From Nemertoderma westbladi (Eukaryota; Animalia; Xenacoelomorpha), in contig JAUCBJ010006869.1 of NCBI GenBank assembly GCA_032718475.1, forward strand, positions 1-64,000: a stretch of 64,000 bases of DNA. The letters run 5' to 3'. Both the position numbers and the translations under genes were made by a program. Shown in pieces: positions 1 to 12,812 of this stretch. Within the stretch, counting starts at the first letter, position 1. Each line of letters begins with the position of its first letter. The notes beneath the pieces were generated by a model that saw only the letters and a list, made by a program, of their open reading frames with translations, did not search any database and was not told the DNA's origin.

Positions 1-83
1 TGTATAACAAGCACAATTACTGTAGGAATAAACTTGGGGACATGAATGTTGCGAATAATCGCATAAACTCTGAATAATAAATA

Positions 84-640
84 TTACGCTACCCGTACAG
101 AATACTCAAACAAAATACAAACTAAACGCTGGCAGACTACTATCAAGCCTAAACAAACTACAGTATGTGCAGATTCTGAAACTGTTAGTTAGTATGCATT
201 CTAACACGGTAGTACGACTTACTCTTTAAGAGGGGATTGACCTTACCGCAGATGGCTGCCCCAACTTACTAACGGCACTTTATCAGACCAACTCTACACA
301 CGCAGCAATCCCTTCAGGCCTAAGAATAGCTAGACAACAATCTAGCCTACAAAATATTTGAGTAATAACTATTACGGTACCTGAACAGACCACACAAACA
401 AACACAGACTAAAACACTGGCAGACTACGATCAAGCCTAAATAAACTACAGTATATGCAGACTCTGAAACTGTTAGTTAGTATGCGTTCTAACACGGTAG
501 TACGACTTATTCTTTAAGAGGGGATTGACCTTACCGCATATGGCTGCCCCAACTTACTAACGGCACTTTATCAGACAAACTCTACACACGCCGTAATCTC
601 TCCAAACTCAACAACAGTCAGACAGCAGCTCAGCCTACAA
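84..640 (+). repeat. ~288-bp tandem duplication (2 copies) upstream of LINE ORF1, possibly 5' UTR monomers
   Basis: GGCAGACTAC at 131 and 419; AGGGGATTGACCTTACCGCA at 231 and 519; near-continuous similarity between the two copies. Confidence 0.85.
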
Positions 641-1191
641 TTATCTGGACAATCTGAGCAGGGTCACACGCCTTCTGCTCAATATTAGCCTACTAGTAAA
701 TAAAACTGACAGAAATAGACCTAAGTAAAATCCCAATAAAAACCAGGCGTCCCCGATTTAATATCGAGACCTACCGGTATACAATAATCAAAATCGAATA
801 ATACTAAATGTATTTGTACAGCAGTACCGGTTAGGACAGTTGGGCCTACAGACCTACAGAAATACCGGTTACTACGGTATTTTGCAACCTTATTGCCTAT
901 TGAGTCCTTAGGTAACTAATAGGGAAATATTAACTTTTACAATAATTATTCACGAGTGTATAAAAACAATAAAAGAACATTATCTCTATGGTGGTCGGTT
1001 ATCTGTTTGCTGTTAGCTGACAGACTGAACAATATGATCTGACTACACTGCTCTGCTGTAGGCCTAACTACCGGTTGACCGGTACAAGATACACATACTG
1101 ACATACTAACTGCCAGCCACTCGACTTCGTGTGTGCGCCCCGCCCACCGCCCACGACGAATCTCACCTGATTGACTGCTCCCAGTGTTGCA

Positions 1192-2169
1192 ATGGGCCCT
1201 AAAAGTGACGTGCAGGCTCTTAGCACAAGACTAGATCGATTAGAAAATCTTCTTGGAAAAGTTTCCGCAGACATTAACAAACTGTCGACGCAACTCAATC
1301 CAACTGACGGGTCTCCGTCGCTACTAAAAATACTATCTGAGTTACAACGTGATAACGACTCGCTCAAGATACAGCTCCGCGACGTGTCCGAGAAGGCGGA
1401 ACTATCCATTGATTCCTTAAGTCAAGATAATCGCCGCAATAACGTTCTCTTCCACGGGGTTGGGGAATCCAAATCGGATACCGATATGAATATAATCAGT
1501 AGAGAATTTGGCAAGATAAACATTAATACTAACGCAATCGACTACATTCAACGACTAGGACCAGTAACACCCTCTGCGGGGCGCAAGATTCGACCGCTAC
1601 TCGTGCGATTCATTGCGCAATCTACTCGTTTCGCTATCTTTAAGAATAAGAGTTCATTCTCATCGGGAATCTATCCTTCCGACCACTTAACTCCACGACG
1701 GGCAAGCCTACTCAGAGAAGCAACGAAGTTAAAAAAGGAAGGACGGATCCGTGCCGCCTACTCACACAACGGCACGGTGTTTATTCGTAAGACGAGCGAC
1801 TCCGCGCCAATCAAGATATCGACTCTGGTCGACGTCCAACATATTAATGAGTCTTCAACCCTGACAGAAATCCTGCAGAGAAACGTATCTCGTCGAGATT
1901 CCAAAGAACCTGTTGAAGCTGGACCTACCGCCCTTCGCGCGTCGCAAAGGAGACTAGCCAAAGGGAAAAAAAAAGGTGGGACCGCTGAACACTACGATAC
2001 TGCAGCGATGGACGGGAATAACGAGATTAGAGATTCCGAATCGCAGTTTGTCACGGATATCGATGAATCGGTTATCGAGGAATCCATCAACGCATCCCGA
2101 GCGTCCAAATCGCTAAACTGCACGCATATTAGTAACTCTTTCGAGGTCGAAGGAATGTATCCCAATTAA
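1192..2169 (+). CDS. LINE ORF1 protein (coiled coil + RRM/L1-ORF1-like)
   Basis: First ATG at 1192. Coiled-coil N-terminus, then RRNNVLFHGV, RLG, RPLLVRF and DHLTPRR motifs typical of LINE ORF1. Confidence 0.85.
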   Translation: MGPKSDVQALSTRLDRLENLLGKVSADINKLSTQLNPTDGSPSLLKILSELQRDNDSLKIQLRDVSEKAELSIDSLSQDNRRNNVLFHGVGESKSDTDMNIISREFGKININTNAIDYIQRLGPVTPSAGRKIRPLLVRFIAQSTRFAIFKNKSSFSSGIYPSDHLTPRRASLLREATKLKKEGRIRAAYSHNGTVFIRKTSDSAPIKISTLVDVQHINESSTLTEILQRNVSRRDSKEPVEAGPTALRASQRRLAKGKKKGGTAEHYDTAAMDGNNEIRDSESQFVTDIDESVIEESINASRASKSLNCTHISNSFEVEGMYPN

Positions 2170-2498
2170 TCAGGAATTTTCATTCATATTAACTCTGATT
2201 AATACGACTGTTGAATTAATAAATAAAATATTGGAAAAAAATTTATAAAATAATACGAAAATGTTGAAATAATATATATATAACTAATAATAATACGGAT
2301 ATATATATAATGGATTAAATAAAAAATTAAGTTACTTTCTATACGACAATGAAAAATTAAATACCAGCGTTATTTTCATTTTGAATTTATTTTTTGGCAC
2401 TTAGTAATGTTTATTATTATTTTTTTTTTTTCTTAATTATCTATAGGCATGGCAGAGTTTGGAACTAGGATATTTTTAGAAACAAATAATTTAAGGAA

Positions 2499-5400
2499 AT
2501 GACTGAAACGAGAAATACACAAATAAAAAAAAATTATTTAGACAAAACTTGTTCATTCTGCTACTCGGGTTTTAAGCGTAGTGATTTTCAATTGTATTGT
2601 GTTTTATGTAATAATATATATCATATGCCATGTGGTACATGTCTCTCAAAATTGGATCTAAATGAACTAATAAATTCAAAATGTTTTGTAGGTCATTATT
2701 GTACTTATTGCTACAACGAAATCTTTCCTTTTACCGGTATTTCGAATGACGATTGTGATGTTTTCGAATGTGAACCTAATACTATAGAGCCACATAACTT
2801 TCAAAATCCAAAGTTCGTATCTATAGACCCAGACAGCAATATTCTCAACGCAGCCAGATTCAGCGATTATTATACTGATATGCGCTTTAACGATGAATCC
2901 CAGAGAGTTAACGCTAAATCTAATTTCTCTATCTTTCACCTAAACTGTAGGAGTCTAAATAACAACCTGCCAACTACTACTAACTTCCTTGCTACACTAG
3001 ACCAGCAGTTTGACGTGTTAGCCTTCTCGGAGACTCTAGTGGGTGCGAAAGACAGTAAAAGTAATCTCAACTTGGACGGTTACGGAGAGCCACTACTGAC
3101 TAACAGACCCAACGGACGGACTTCCGGTGCTGGGTGGGGCGTAGGTTTATATATTAAAAATTGCTTATCATACACTGAACGCCCAGATTTACAAATAGAG
3201 GGTTTTGATAATCTTTGGATAGAAATAAAACGAAATAAAAATAAAAAAAATCTAATAGTAGGTGCGGTATACCGCCCTCCTTCAGTTATGTTTAATGTAT
3301 TTCATGAAAAATTAGAGCTTATTTTTCAAAAGCTAGTCACTACAAAATCTGACATAGTAATAACGGGTGACTTCAATGTAAACCTAACAAAACAGACTAT
3401 TGAATCTATCCAATATCTCCAGACTGCTTCAACCTTTGGTTATACACAACTCACTAAAAATCCGACGCGTATAGTATACGGTGCCAACTCTACATTAGAT
3501 CACATATTGACTAATATAACCACAGCCGTTAACACGTCGGGGGTATTTTTATCAGATTGTGGAAGTACCGACCATTTAGCAAACTTTGCACTCTTTCATG
3601 ATTATTCCGAATTTTTTGATCAAAAGGTAACACGCGAAATATTCGATTACTCAAAATTTAACGAAAATTCATTTAAAAAAGAATTCTGCTCACCAAACAT
3701 GTTTGATTACCGATCTGAAAATGTGCCCTCTGATTTAAAATTCGAAAATTTCTATAATATGTTTAGTGATTTATGCAATAAACACCTTCCCACAAAAACT
3801 GTACCAATTAGAAAACTTTCTCGTAAACCATGGATAACTGAAGGCTTATTAAAATCAATTTCACATAAAAACAAACTTTTTTCAAAATATGTCAAAGCGC
3901 CTACCATTCATAATGAAAAAAAATATAAAAAATACCGGAATAAACTTGGCATAGTGCTCCGAGACACCGAAAAAAAATTTTACTGTACGAAATTTCAGGA
4001 GACCGCGGGAAATATGCGAAAGACTTGGCGCATCATAAATAACGTGCTAAACAAAGGACAGAAAACCTCCTTCCCTAATAAAATAAATTGCAATAATACT
4101 GGTGGTACTAAAACAACATCAGACCCAATCAAAATAGCAACCATTTTGAATGAGCACTTCTCTTTTATTGGTCAAAAACTAGCGCAAAATATACCCCTCT
4201 CAGCACGTTCGCCAATCCGCCACTTACGTCACCGACACTCTAATTCGTTTTCACTAATAGAAACGTCCACTGCTGAAGTTCATTACTACCTACTAAGCCT
4301 AGACTATAGCTCAGCAACTAACGACTCATTCCCTACTAGACTTATACAGATTGTAGCTGAGCCACTCGCCCATCACGTAACTTTCCTAATAAACCTCTCT
4401 ATTAAATCTGGACATTTCCCATCATATTTAAAAACAGCAAAGGTGATATCGAGCTTCAAAGGAAATGACCCATTAGATCCAAATAATTATAGACCTATCT
4501 CGCTACTTCCCATTTTCAGTAAAATATACGAAAAAATAATTTATGTACAACTTCAAAATTATCTGGATCGCTTTTCAATACTAACACCCTGTCAATTTGG
4601 TTTTCGGAAAAATACTTCCACTTTTTCTGCGATTTTAACTGTAACAGAAAAAATTAAGTCAGTTCTAGATTCCAAATCATCCAGTTGCGCAATATACATT
4701 GACCTCAAAAAAGCGTTCGACACGCTCAATCACTCGATATTACTACAAAAACTGGAAGGATACGGAATTCGAGGGACCCCAAAAAATCTAATCCAAAGTT
4801 TCCTTACAGACAGAACTCAGTTTGTATCCCTTAACAATAAAATCCAATCGCCGATTCTGAAAATTACGTGTGGGACTCCCCAAGGATCTATCTTATCACC
4901 TTTGCTGTTTTTACTCTATATAAATGATCTTCCTAACGTATCTAACCTACTAACCACTCTATTCGCTGACGACACCACTTTACTGAACCACAATATTGAC
5001 ATTGACCGACTAATAACAACAACAAACACAGAACTTGACAAGATTTCGGACTGGCTCGCGGACAATAGACTATCCCTCAATATGACGAAGACAGAATACA
5101 CTATATTTACTAACCGCCTACTAACTACTGGTCTTCCTAAAATAAAAATTAAATCTTCTGAGATCAAGCAAGTACAGCATGCGAAATTTCTTGGTATCTG
5201 GATAGACGACAAATTGAAATGGAAAACCCATACAAGGTATATATTAAACAAAATTTCCCGCTCAGCTGGTTTATTCTATAAGTTAAGACATATCTTCCCA
5301 TCCCAGATCCTTCGTATGCTGTACTTCACTTTGATCAATCCATACATAAATTATGGTATATTGGCATGGGGTGTCGCTGGTAGTACTGTTCTCCGACCTA

Positions 5401-5792
5401 TTCGAATTAAAATAAATAAAATTATTCGCTGTCTAACCTTCAGTCACTACCGGTCATCCTCCATACCAATATATAAATCTCTCAATATATTACCTTTACA
5501 ATCGCTATTCAACTACCAGCTAGGCCAACTAATGTACGATATATCCAACAACCCTAAACATCCACTTTCTCATCTATTTACAACTTTCTCTGAGATTCAT
5601 CGTTACAACACTAGGTCGGCCGCTGCAGGCAAATACGTCATACCATTAACACGGCTGAATGTGGCTCATGAGTCTATTGCTGTTTTGGGTGCATCCTTTT
5701 GGAATAACTTACCAAGTCCAATAACTACTTCAACAACAAAAAATATATTCAAAAAACAATTGAAGACATTCTTAATACACCACATGATTTAA
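2499..5792 (+). CDS. LINE ORF2: PHD finger + APE endonuclease + reverse transcriptase, 1097 aa
   Basis: C4HC3-like N-terminus; HLNCRSL, SET, GDFN, LDH, TDH endonuclease motifs; NYRPISLL, DLKKAFD, GTPQGSILSP, LFADDT RT motifs. Confidence 0.95.
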   Translation: MTETRNTQIKKNYLDKTCSFCYSGFKRSDFQLYCVLCNNIYHMPCGTCLSKLDLNELINSKCFVGHYCTYCYNEIFPFTGISNDDCDVFECEPNTIEPHNFQNPKFVSIDPDSNILNAARFSDYYTDMRFNDESQRVNAKSNFSIFHLNCRSLNNNLPTTTNFLATLDQQFDVLAFSETLVGAKDSKSNLNLDGYGEPLLTNRPNGRTSGAGWGVGLYIKNCLSYTERPDLQIEGFDNLWIEIKRNKNKKNLIVGAVYRPPSVMFNVFHEKLELIFQKLVTTKSDIVITGDFNVNLTKQTIESIQYLQTASTFGYTQLTKNPTRIVYGANSTLDHILTNITTAVNTSGVFLSDCGSTDHLANFALFHDYSEFFDQKVTREIFDYSKFNENSFKKEFCSPNMFDYRSENVPSDLKFENFYNMFSDLCNKHLPTKTVPIRKLSRKPWITEGLLKSISHKNKLFSKYVKAPTIHNEKKYKKYRNKLGIVLRDTEKKFYCTKFQETAGNMRKTWRIINNVLNKGQKTSFPNKINCNNTGGTKTTSDPIKIATILNEHFSFIGQKLAQNIPLSARSPIRHLRHRHSNSFSLIETSTAEVHYYLLSLDYSSATNDSFPTRLIQIVAEPLAHHVTFLINLSIKSGHFPSYLKTAKVISSFKGNDPLDPNNYRPISLLPIFSKIYEKIIYVQLQNYLDRFSILTPCQFGFRKNTSTFSAILTVTEKIKSVLDSKSSSCAIYIDLKKAFDTLNHSILLQKLEGYGIRGTPKNLIQSFLTDRTQFVSLNNKIQSPILKITCGTPQGSILSPLLFLLYINDLPNVSNLLTTLFADDTTLLNHNIDIDRLITTTNTELDKISDWLADNRLSLNMTKTEYTIFTNRLLTTGLPKIKIKSSEIKQVQHAKFLGIWIDDKLKWKTHTRYILNKISRSAGLFYKLRHIFPSQILRMLYFTLINPYINYGILAWGVAGSTVLRPIRIKINKIIRCLTFSHYRSSSIPIYKSLNILPLQSLFNYQLGQLMYDISNNPKHPLSHLFTTFSEIHRYNTRSAAAGKYVIPLTRLNVAHESIAVLGASFWNNLPSPITTSTTKNIFKKQLKTFLIHHMI

Positions 5793-6205
5793 TCATTTTC
5801 TCTTTTTTTTAGGACTATATACATGATTTACGTTAAATTTAATTAAAAATTAAATTAAAATAAACAATTTATGAGACACACATCAACAAGGCAAATCGAT
5901 ATTACATATAGTAAATTACTACTTTTTCTTCGTTAATTATATTATACGGTGCAATGCAATAACACATAAAAATGTTCATTTTAATAACCCGAGTAACAGA
6001 TTTACAGCATTACTATAATACTAATTTCTTTAATTATATTTACAGTGCATAGGGGGTGGCTGTTGGCCTCGACTGGCATTGCCATTGCAAACAGTCACTA
6101 CCCCCATAATAAATCGTCGTTAGGTGACGAACAAGTGCAATTTCATATCATATGATTACTATTATACAAACTTGAAACTTGAAACTACTGCAATAAGATC
6201 ATAAA

Positions 6206-7020
6206 CTGTTACTGTTCGCGCTTTTGAAGACCTTTAGCAGTTTAACCTGCCAAAATTTATATGTCTTTTAGTTAATAAAAACACCTTTAGCATACGACAA
6301 TATTTTATGCTAATACACAAAACATTAGCCGAAGTCAGCCCATGCGCGATCATTCACCCGATGGATCTACACCCGGGAGGCTGAATTCGGATGCTTAAAT
6401 TTTATTATTGCAGTGTAAGGTTGCAGTGTAAACTTACTGTATTATTCGATAGATCGTTAATAATTAATTTCTGACAGATATTATTGGCTTTCGGGAAATA
6501 TTAACAGTTCCTTTAGGACGTGGCGCTCTATCTATTTAAACAGAACTAGGACTTATACTAAACGCAACGATACTGCTTATGATTAAAGTATAAAGCGTAT
6601 TCTTTAGGAAATACTTTGTTACCAATCACAATCATGCACACTATTCTGCCGACCGTCAGTATATTTGATCACACATAAAGAGAGTAGCAATTGACTCATG
6701 TAGGGTCTGCTAAATAACATTAGATTCAATACACACCACATTAATATAAATCGCAATTGTTATGTATAGCCTGTCTCTCTAACCTGTAGTGTATCAAGAA
6801 AATTGGGAAATTTGGGAGATTTATCCGTATTATCCAAAGAGCAATATTTCCATCAACAAATAGGTACAATTAATAACTGACGGTAAATAACAGTACAAAC
6901 AATATGATTAATAGTGAGTTAAGATTCGGTAGGATTCGTGAGTTAGGTAACAGTTTATACTTTCGATAATTTAAGCAGTTTTACTAGAGTTCTTCCCAAA
7001 AGCCGGTGTTATGGCGAAAA
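6206..7020 (+). repeat. Dispersed unclassified repeat, copy 1 (possible solo LTR)
   Basis: Co-linear similarity with 60268-61090, e.g. GACCTTTAGCAGTTTAACCTGCCAAA and TTTCGGGAAATATTAACAGTTCCTTTAGGACGTGGCGCTCTA. Confidence 0.8.
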
Positions 7021-8029
7021 TGGGAACACAACAACAGAATCATATAAAATCATATGACTACTACTACTATACGAGTATACCAAAAACTCTTATTCCACGA
7101 AGCCCCGTTCAACACAGAGGATGAGCATAGAGATAGGAAATTCAGTTCAGTAGCGCTGGGATAGGTCGAAATCAACGCCTACGCAAATTCTATTGGCCGA
7201 CACGAACAGCAAGGCTAAGGCAACCTCTCTAAGCTAGTTGGCCGATTAAACTGAGCCCAGATATCTCCGTACAGCACATCAGCCAATAAGCTGGTAGCTT
7301 GCACTATTTTAGTTATAAATCCCTTTGAGAGTATTCTAGCGACTGGGGGGGAACTGGCCAGCAAAGGCAAACGTATCAGTTATCCCACAAAAGCTTTTAC
7401 AGATACATCTATGTGGAGATGTGTGATACAACGCCGATGTAGTAATATGGGCATTGAAATAATATTAAATCAATGTACACTCTTAAAGCTGCAGCGAAAA
7501 ATTGTAGCTAATTTCCTTGGTTACATATAAAATAATAAAATTATTTTTAAGAACATTAATTTTACTACTTTGCAAAAATTCAATTAAAAAATAACCAGAC
7601 AAATACATTGTGGAATAAACTATTTCAGATATAAACCTACACAACAGCCTTGCCATGGATAGTATTTATGTTATTATATCTGTCATTTACCTGAGATAGC
7701 AATACAACATTTATAGTAGAGTCAATAGGAATTGGAATACAGGAAGGATGATGGGATGTGGGATTTAAAGAATGCTGTCTGGGCTGGAATAGCAATACTG
7801 GTTGCCTATTACAATTCCTCTCTGGTTAGTCTACAGCCACAACTCCCAGCCAGCTAGCTCCACACCAGCAGAGACTTGACCAATAATGGGCAGGATTAAA
7901 TTTGTACTCAATAATTGTGCCGTTTAATTACGTTTAGATCAATTAAAGACACATTTATTAAAGCAAATCACTTGAACTAATTAAAAACTATAATAGAATG
8001 GGGTATGTGGATTACATCTGTATAATTTT

Positions 8030-8395
8030 TAAGTATAATTATTGAAGTATTATACTGTAAAACAATTAATTTCCTTTAACAGGCAGGTTGAAAGTGCTGT
8101 TTTTACCGTAATCAATTTAATTAACTAATTAACTGCTATTATCTTAGCTTCTCGAAGGCCACACGAAAATTCAACTTGGAAAATTTCTAAACTTTTGCCA
8201 AACAACATGTGTACCAAGTTTGGATAGATTTCGTCGAAGATTGGCCGAGTTATTAACGTTTAAAATTGAACAAGAACGACAGGTTGATTAATGGTACCAC
8301 TACGCTAAGGCTCACTCACTTCGTGGCTCGCCCCGCAGGTTGATTAATGGTACCCCTACGCTAAGGCTCACTCACTTCGTGGCTCGCCCCACAAT
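8030..8395 (+). mobile_element. Dispersed non-autonomous element (Helentron/HINE-like), with its terminal 57 bp duplicated
   Basis: Inverted copy at 19080-19400; ends in TTCGTGGCTCGCCCC; 8281-8337 repeated at 8338-8390. The class assignment is tentative. Confidence 0.55.
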
Positions 8396-9097
8396 GATGA
8401 ACCTATATTTTCATTGATGCTTTTAAATTTTGAAATCCCTACGGTAACAATATAACATAGTTTTTCCAATATGAATTTTATATACAGTATGTGTTCATGT
8501 TTAGTCTGTTAATCTCGTCGATCGCCCAACATATTTTTATTGTGTTTTTAAATAGTGGTTACAGTCACGTTTTGGGTACGCCTACCTACAAATGCAATAC
8601 TGTACCTCGAAAATAATAAGTCATCTAAACAGCATAATTTTGGTATCCAAATAATGACGGGAAAGAATGAAATTTTTAGTAAAAGTGATGGATTTTTAAT
8701 ATTTTTGAGGTAACAACTGGTTTTTCATTATTCAATATGAGGACATTTTTTGATGTATTTACAAATTTGTAGAAATTAATCCATGTCATTTTGACATAAT
8801 CTTACTACCATTGACATTGTCTGATTAAGACAAGTAATTACACCAAACGAAAATTCAACATTTATTAGAAGCTGTTGATAACAATTTGAATATTGACAGC
8901 CCAGCATATTGTGTGTTTAAATTTTCAAAAATTTTAGATTATATGAGTCCGTAACGAAAATTACTTAAAGTTTTAATTTGGAGTAGGCCTACACCCCGCA
9001 TGTATATTGTACTGAGTAGGCCTACACCTCGCATGTATATTGTACTGACAATCATTTTCCTTTGGGTTTACAACTAATCAAAACATCCATTAGGTCA

Positions 9098-9545
9098 CTA
9101 TTATTATTATTATTACCTTTAATCCAGGCCTTAGCCCATAAAAACGATTAATACAAGCACACAACAAATCAAGCACAGAGTAAGAGTAAGTAGGTCACTG
9201 AAATATTACCTAAGAAAGAATACGTGATATTGAATTAATACTACAAGTACGCGAGATTTCACGTAAAATAGAATTGCAAGTTGTGTCAATTCTACGCAAT
9301 AAACTTTGTTTGGAACGGTACCGAATATGGCAAAACATTGGAAGGTTTAACCTTCCGAATTGTAGAGACATACTTGTAGGTTCACCGTCGGTAACCCGTG
9401 GAATATTAAACAAAAAACGTGCACAATTATTGTAAGCCACCCGAATATTATTGAAACATATCTGTGAATAGTTATGATCATTCCACAGACTGTTATTATT
9501 ACTGTTTCTATGTTCTGTATTGCAGCTGAAACGTTTAAGGACAGC
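9098..9545 (-). mobile_element. 5'-truncated LINE 3' end (RTEX/Proto2-like) with (TAA)n tail
   Basis: Minus strand reads SLW..NY....NIRVAYNNCARFLFNIPR..; TTATTATTA run at ~9100-9115. It lies between 16-bp inverted repeats GAGTCCGTAACGAAAA (8945 and 9570). Confidence 0.7.
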
Positions 9546-10179
9546 ATCACAAATTTTTCGTTACGGACTCGCCATGCGGTAGGTTAGGTAAGAATCATTC
9601 TGCTTTGTATACATTATTCACTATGTAAACTGAAAGTATTCAGCTCCTATTCCACCATGATGCTATAGAATCCCGAGTCGTATATTTTCTGTAGCTCCCG
9701 CTGAATGGAGTGACACAATGACACATCAGTCCCAGTATCTCATTCTGCGTATCCCACGAGATAAAGTGGTTCTGTTCTGATTAGCTTCCCGAACTAGAAA
9801 CACCGTAGGCCTAAGTGCTGGAACCTCATCTTTCAGTAGATCAAGGATAGCTATAAAATTTCCCTCGTCATGCTTATGAATGCCCACAGTGCCACAGAGG
9901 GCAATTACCAGCGGTCGCACAAAGCCGTACAGCGCGGCCCTGCTTTGTCAACTGCAGTATACAGGCAGACAGGTATACATACAGCTACAGTATAGGCCTA
10001 ACTGCCTAAGTAACTTACACACTGCAGTACTGTATGCCTACTGCAATGTATCTGCTATATCTTATCTATCTACTGAGCTTTGCGCTTTGCCTATTCCTGT
10101 AGGCCTATTCCTGTATTCAGTTATTCCATCCATATTCTTGTATTTAAACCCAGTTGCCTGCCTATTCAGTCCTTGCTTT

Positions 10180-11328
10180 GGGTAAATCTTTTCGACCTAC
10201 GCGTAGTTCGCAACATTGGGTCATATATCACCAGTTTCAGAGTTTTAACAATAACTACGCGTAGGTCCTACGCGTAGCTACGCGTAGGTGCTACGCGTAG
10301 CTACGCGTAGGTCCTACACGACCTACGCATAGGTGCTACCCATAACTATGCCTATACGTCGTTTATCATTAGTAGGCTTACGTATTCCAAGCGAGTCAGT
10401 ACTAAAGTAAGACACAATACGGTATGTTCAATAAACAACCCACAACCATCAAATGCTTTCAACAGTAATGTATCCTATACCTGTATACTCTATATAGAGG
10501 AATACGCGAAGACTACATTTTCTTCACTTCATGCGTTGCGGACGGTGTGTTAAATAATTAATGTTTAGAGTTCAAAAATAGTTTACAAAGGAAATAGGCC
10601 GATGGTTCTTATCGATTCTCTATGCTTTTTATTGCCTTTGTTCACGATAGGGCAAGGATATACTGTGTAATATGTTAACCCCTTGACAAGGGAAGGGGGA
10701 GACTAAATTGTCTACCATTGTTGCACTTGTTATTTGACCAAACAATTTGATTATATGCAGTAGTCAGCTTTCGCTTAACCTCTTCACCGGTAGACTGGTC
10801 GCTTTATTTACTACTGTTCAATATTTAAATAATCCAATGGAAACAAAGATACATGAATCATGAGACGTGAATTTTAAGTTTACTTTTTATTCATCCTCTG
10901 TGTTTGTATGTGAAAGAGCCGAATATTATTTATTACCAGTGCTGTATGTAGAGATATGAGTTTATTCCGATTCTGTTATTACATTTGTCTGATAATCAGA
11001 TACCTGACATATACCGATACTTGCCTAACAACTCAACCCTACCGGACCTGAAATGAAAAATCATTGTTATCAGGACTGCTACGCGTAGCACCTACGCGTA
11101 GCTACGCGTAGCACCTACGCGTAGTTTCAAAATACCTACGCGTAGTTCCAAAATAACTACGCGTAGTTTTAAAACACCTACGCGTAGTTGTTAAAAAGGC
11201 AGTAAGTCTGGCCCTACCGGTAAATGACAGGAATGGAAGTTACAAACTACGCGTAAATCTTTTCGACCTACGCGTAGGCCTACGCGTAGCTACGCGTAGG
11301 CCTACGCGTAGGTCGAAAAGATTTACCC
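10180..11328. mobile_element. Non-autonomous TIR element (Merlin/Mutator-like MITE), 1149 bp
   Basis: TIR GGGTAAATCTTTTCGACCTACGCGTAG at both ends; 8-bp TSD CTTGCTTT (10172-10179, 11329-11336); subterminal CTACGCGTAG arrays. Confidence 0.85.
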
Positions 11329-11957
11329 CTTGCTTTCAGCCTACAGCGCTACAGGCCTATATCAGAAGCTGTACAGCCTGATATCAGTACAGCAGTAATA
11401 TAACATACTGCACACTGACATACAGACATACTGTTATTTGTATGCCGTATCATGTACTGTCTGATGTATGTGTATACCGTAACTGCTGTAATGCAGTAAT
11501 GCTGTAATGTTATACCGGTAGCTGTATTCTGTTAATTATTTTATCGAGTGTTATTGTATGTTTACATACAGACATACCGGTAATTAAATTATCAGGTATA
11601 TTTGCCAACGCGCCCTTATTGCTGTATTGTCTTTTTATCTGTTTACTCTCTGACTCTGTCTGTCTGTGCCTCTTTTTATTATGTGTATTTAGTTTTGTTT
11701 TACAACCGTCAGTCAGTCAGTCTGTCAGTGTCTGAGTCTGAGTGTTGTTTGTAACCTGGTTGTTTTTTGTCCTCGACCATATTTTTACTGGTACCGAGTG
11801 TTAATAATAATAATAACAGAATAATACTGTAATAATAATTCTGGTAGAATTCTGATAGACATTTAACATTACAGCATTGGGCCCCTACCAGCTACCAGTC
11901 TGCCAGTATCTAATTTAGGCCTATTAGGCCTATTAAAATAAAAAGCACAATTTCAAG

Positions 11958-12812
11958 ATGCCGTTCAGAAACCGGGAGGAGCGAAGCGAGGTAAGCTGTT
12001 GCATGAAGTACTTTATGTTCGGATTCAACGTAATATTCTGGCTGATCGGAGGCGCCTTCATCGGGGTGGGATTATGGGCGTGGTGGGAGAAAGCGGCGCT
12101 AACAAACCTGGCTGAAGCCACTCTCAGCACCGGCTCTCTGGATCCAGCAACTCTCTTTATCATAGTTGGAGCAATTATATTCATTCTCGGATTCTCTGGC
12201 TGCGTCGGTGCTCTTCGAGAGAATATTTGTTTACTAAAATTCTTTTGCGTTTTTCTCGGAGTTATATTTTTAGCGGAGGTTACTGCCGGGGTTTTAGGTT
12301 TCGTTTACAAGGATTGGGTTCGCGATAAACTCGCTACTTACATACAGAACAACATAACAGTTTACCGGGATGACCCCGATCTGCAGGATGTTATCGATGG
12401 AGTTCAGAGCGCGTTGCAATGCTGCGGTGGAGGTTCGTACGAGGATTGGGACAAGAACGAATACTTCCGGTGCGTCCCGAACCCCGGTGTGCGCGCGGTG
12501 AGTGCGGAAGCCTGCGGGGTCCCGGTTAGTTGCTGTCGGCTGTCGGACGATCCCACCGCCGTCGTTAACAACCAGTGCGGTTACGGGATCAGGGATAAAG
12601 ATATCCAAATGTCCGAGGTCACCGACACCATACACACGACCGGGTGCGTCGAGGCCTTTGAGTTGTGGGTCACGGATAATCTCGTCTGGGTCGCCGGCGT
12701 CTGTATTGGCGTCGCGGTGTTACAGATTGTCGGGATTTGTTTCGCTTCTAATCTAATAAGCGATATAAAGGCACAGCGCGCTAAATGGTACCGAACGCAT
12801 CCCAGCCGCTGA
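11958..12812 (+). CDS. Tetraspanin, TspanC8 subfamily (TSPAN5/14/17-like), intronless, 284 aa
   Basis: Four hydrophobic helices; EVSCCMKYFMFGFN, GCVGALREN, YRDDPDLQ, CCG, ACGVPVSCC and NNQCG motifs. Confidence 0.95.
   Translation: MPFRNREERSEVSCCMKYFMFGFNVIFWLIGGAFIGVGLWAWWEKAALTNLAEATLSTGSLDPATLFIIVGAIIFILGFSGCVGALRENICLLKFFCVFLGVIFLAEVTAGVLGFVYKDWVRDKLATYIQNNITVYRDDPDLQDVIDGVQSALQCCGGGSYEDWDKNEYFRCVPNPGVRAVSAEACGVPVSCCRLSDDPTAVVNNQCGYGIRDKDIQMSEVTDTIHTTGCVEAFELWVTDNLVWVAGVCIGVAVLQIVGICFASNLISDIKAQRAKWYRTHPSR

Larger units (their letters stand above)
1192..6186 (+). mobile_element. Non-LTR retrotransposon, CR1/L2 group, both ORFs open; true 5' end lies upstream and is not defined
   Basis: ORF1 + ORF2 (PHD-APE-RT); 3' UTR stem-loop at ~6051-6106; short tandem tail AAACTTGAAACTTGAAACT at 6168-6186. 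Confidence 0.9.
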
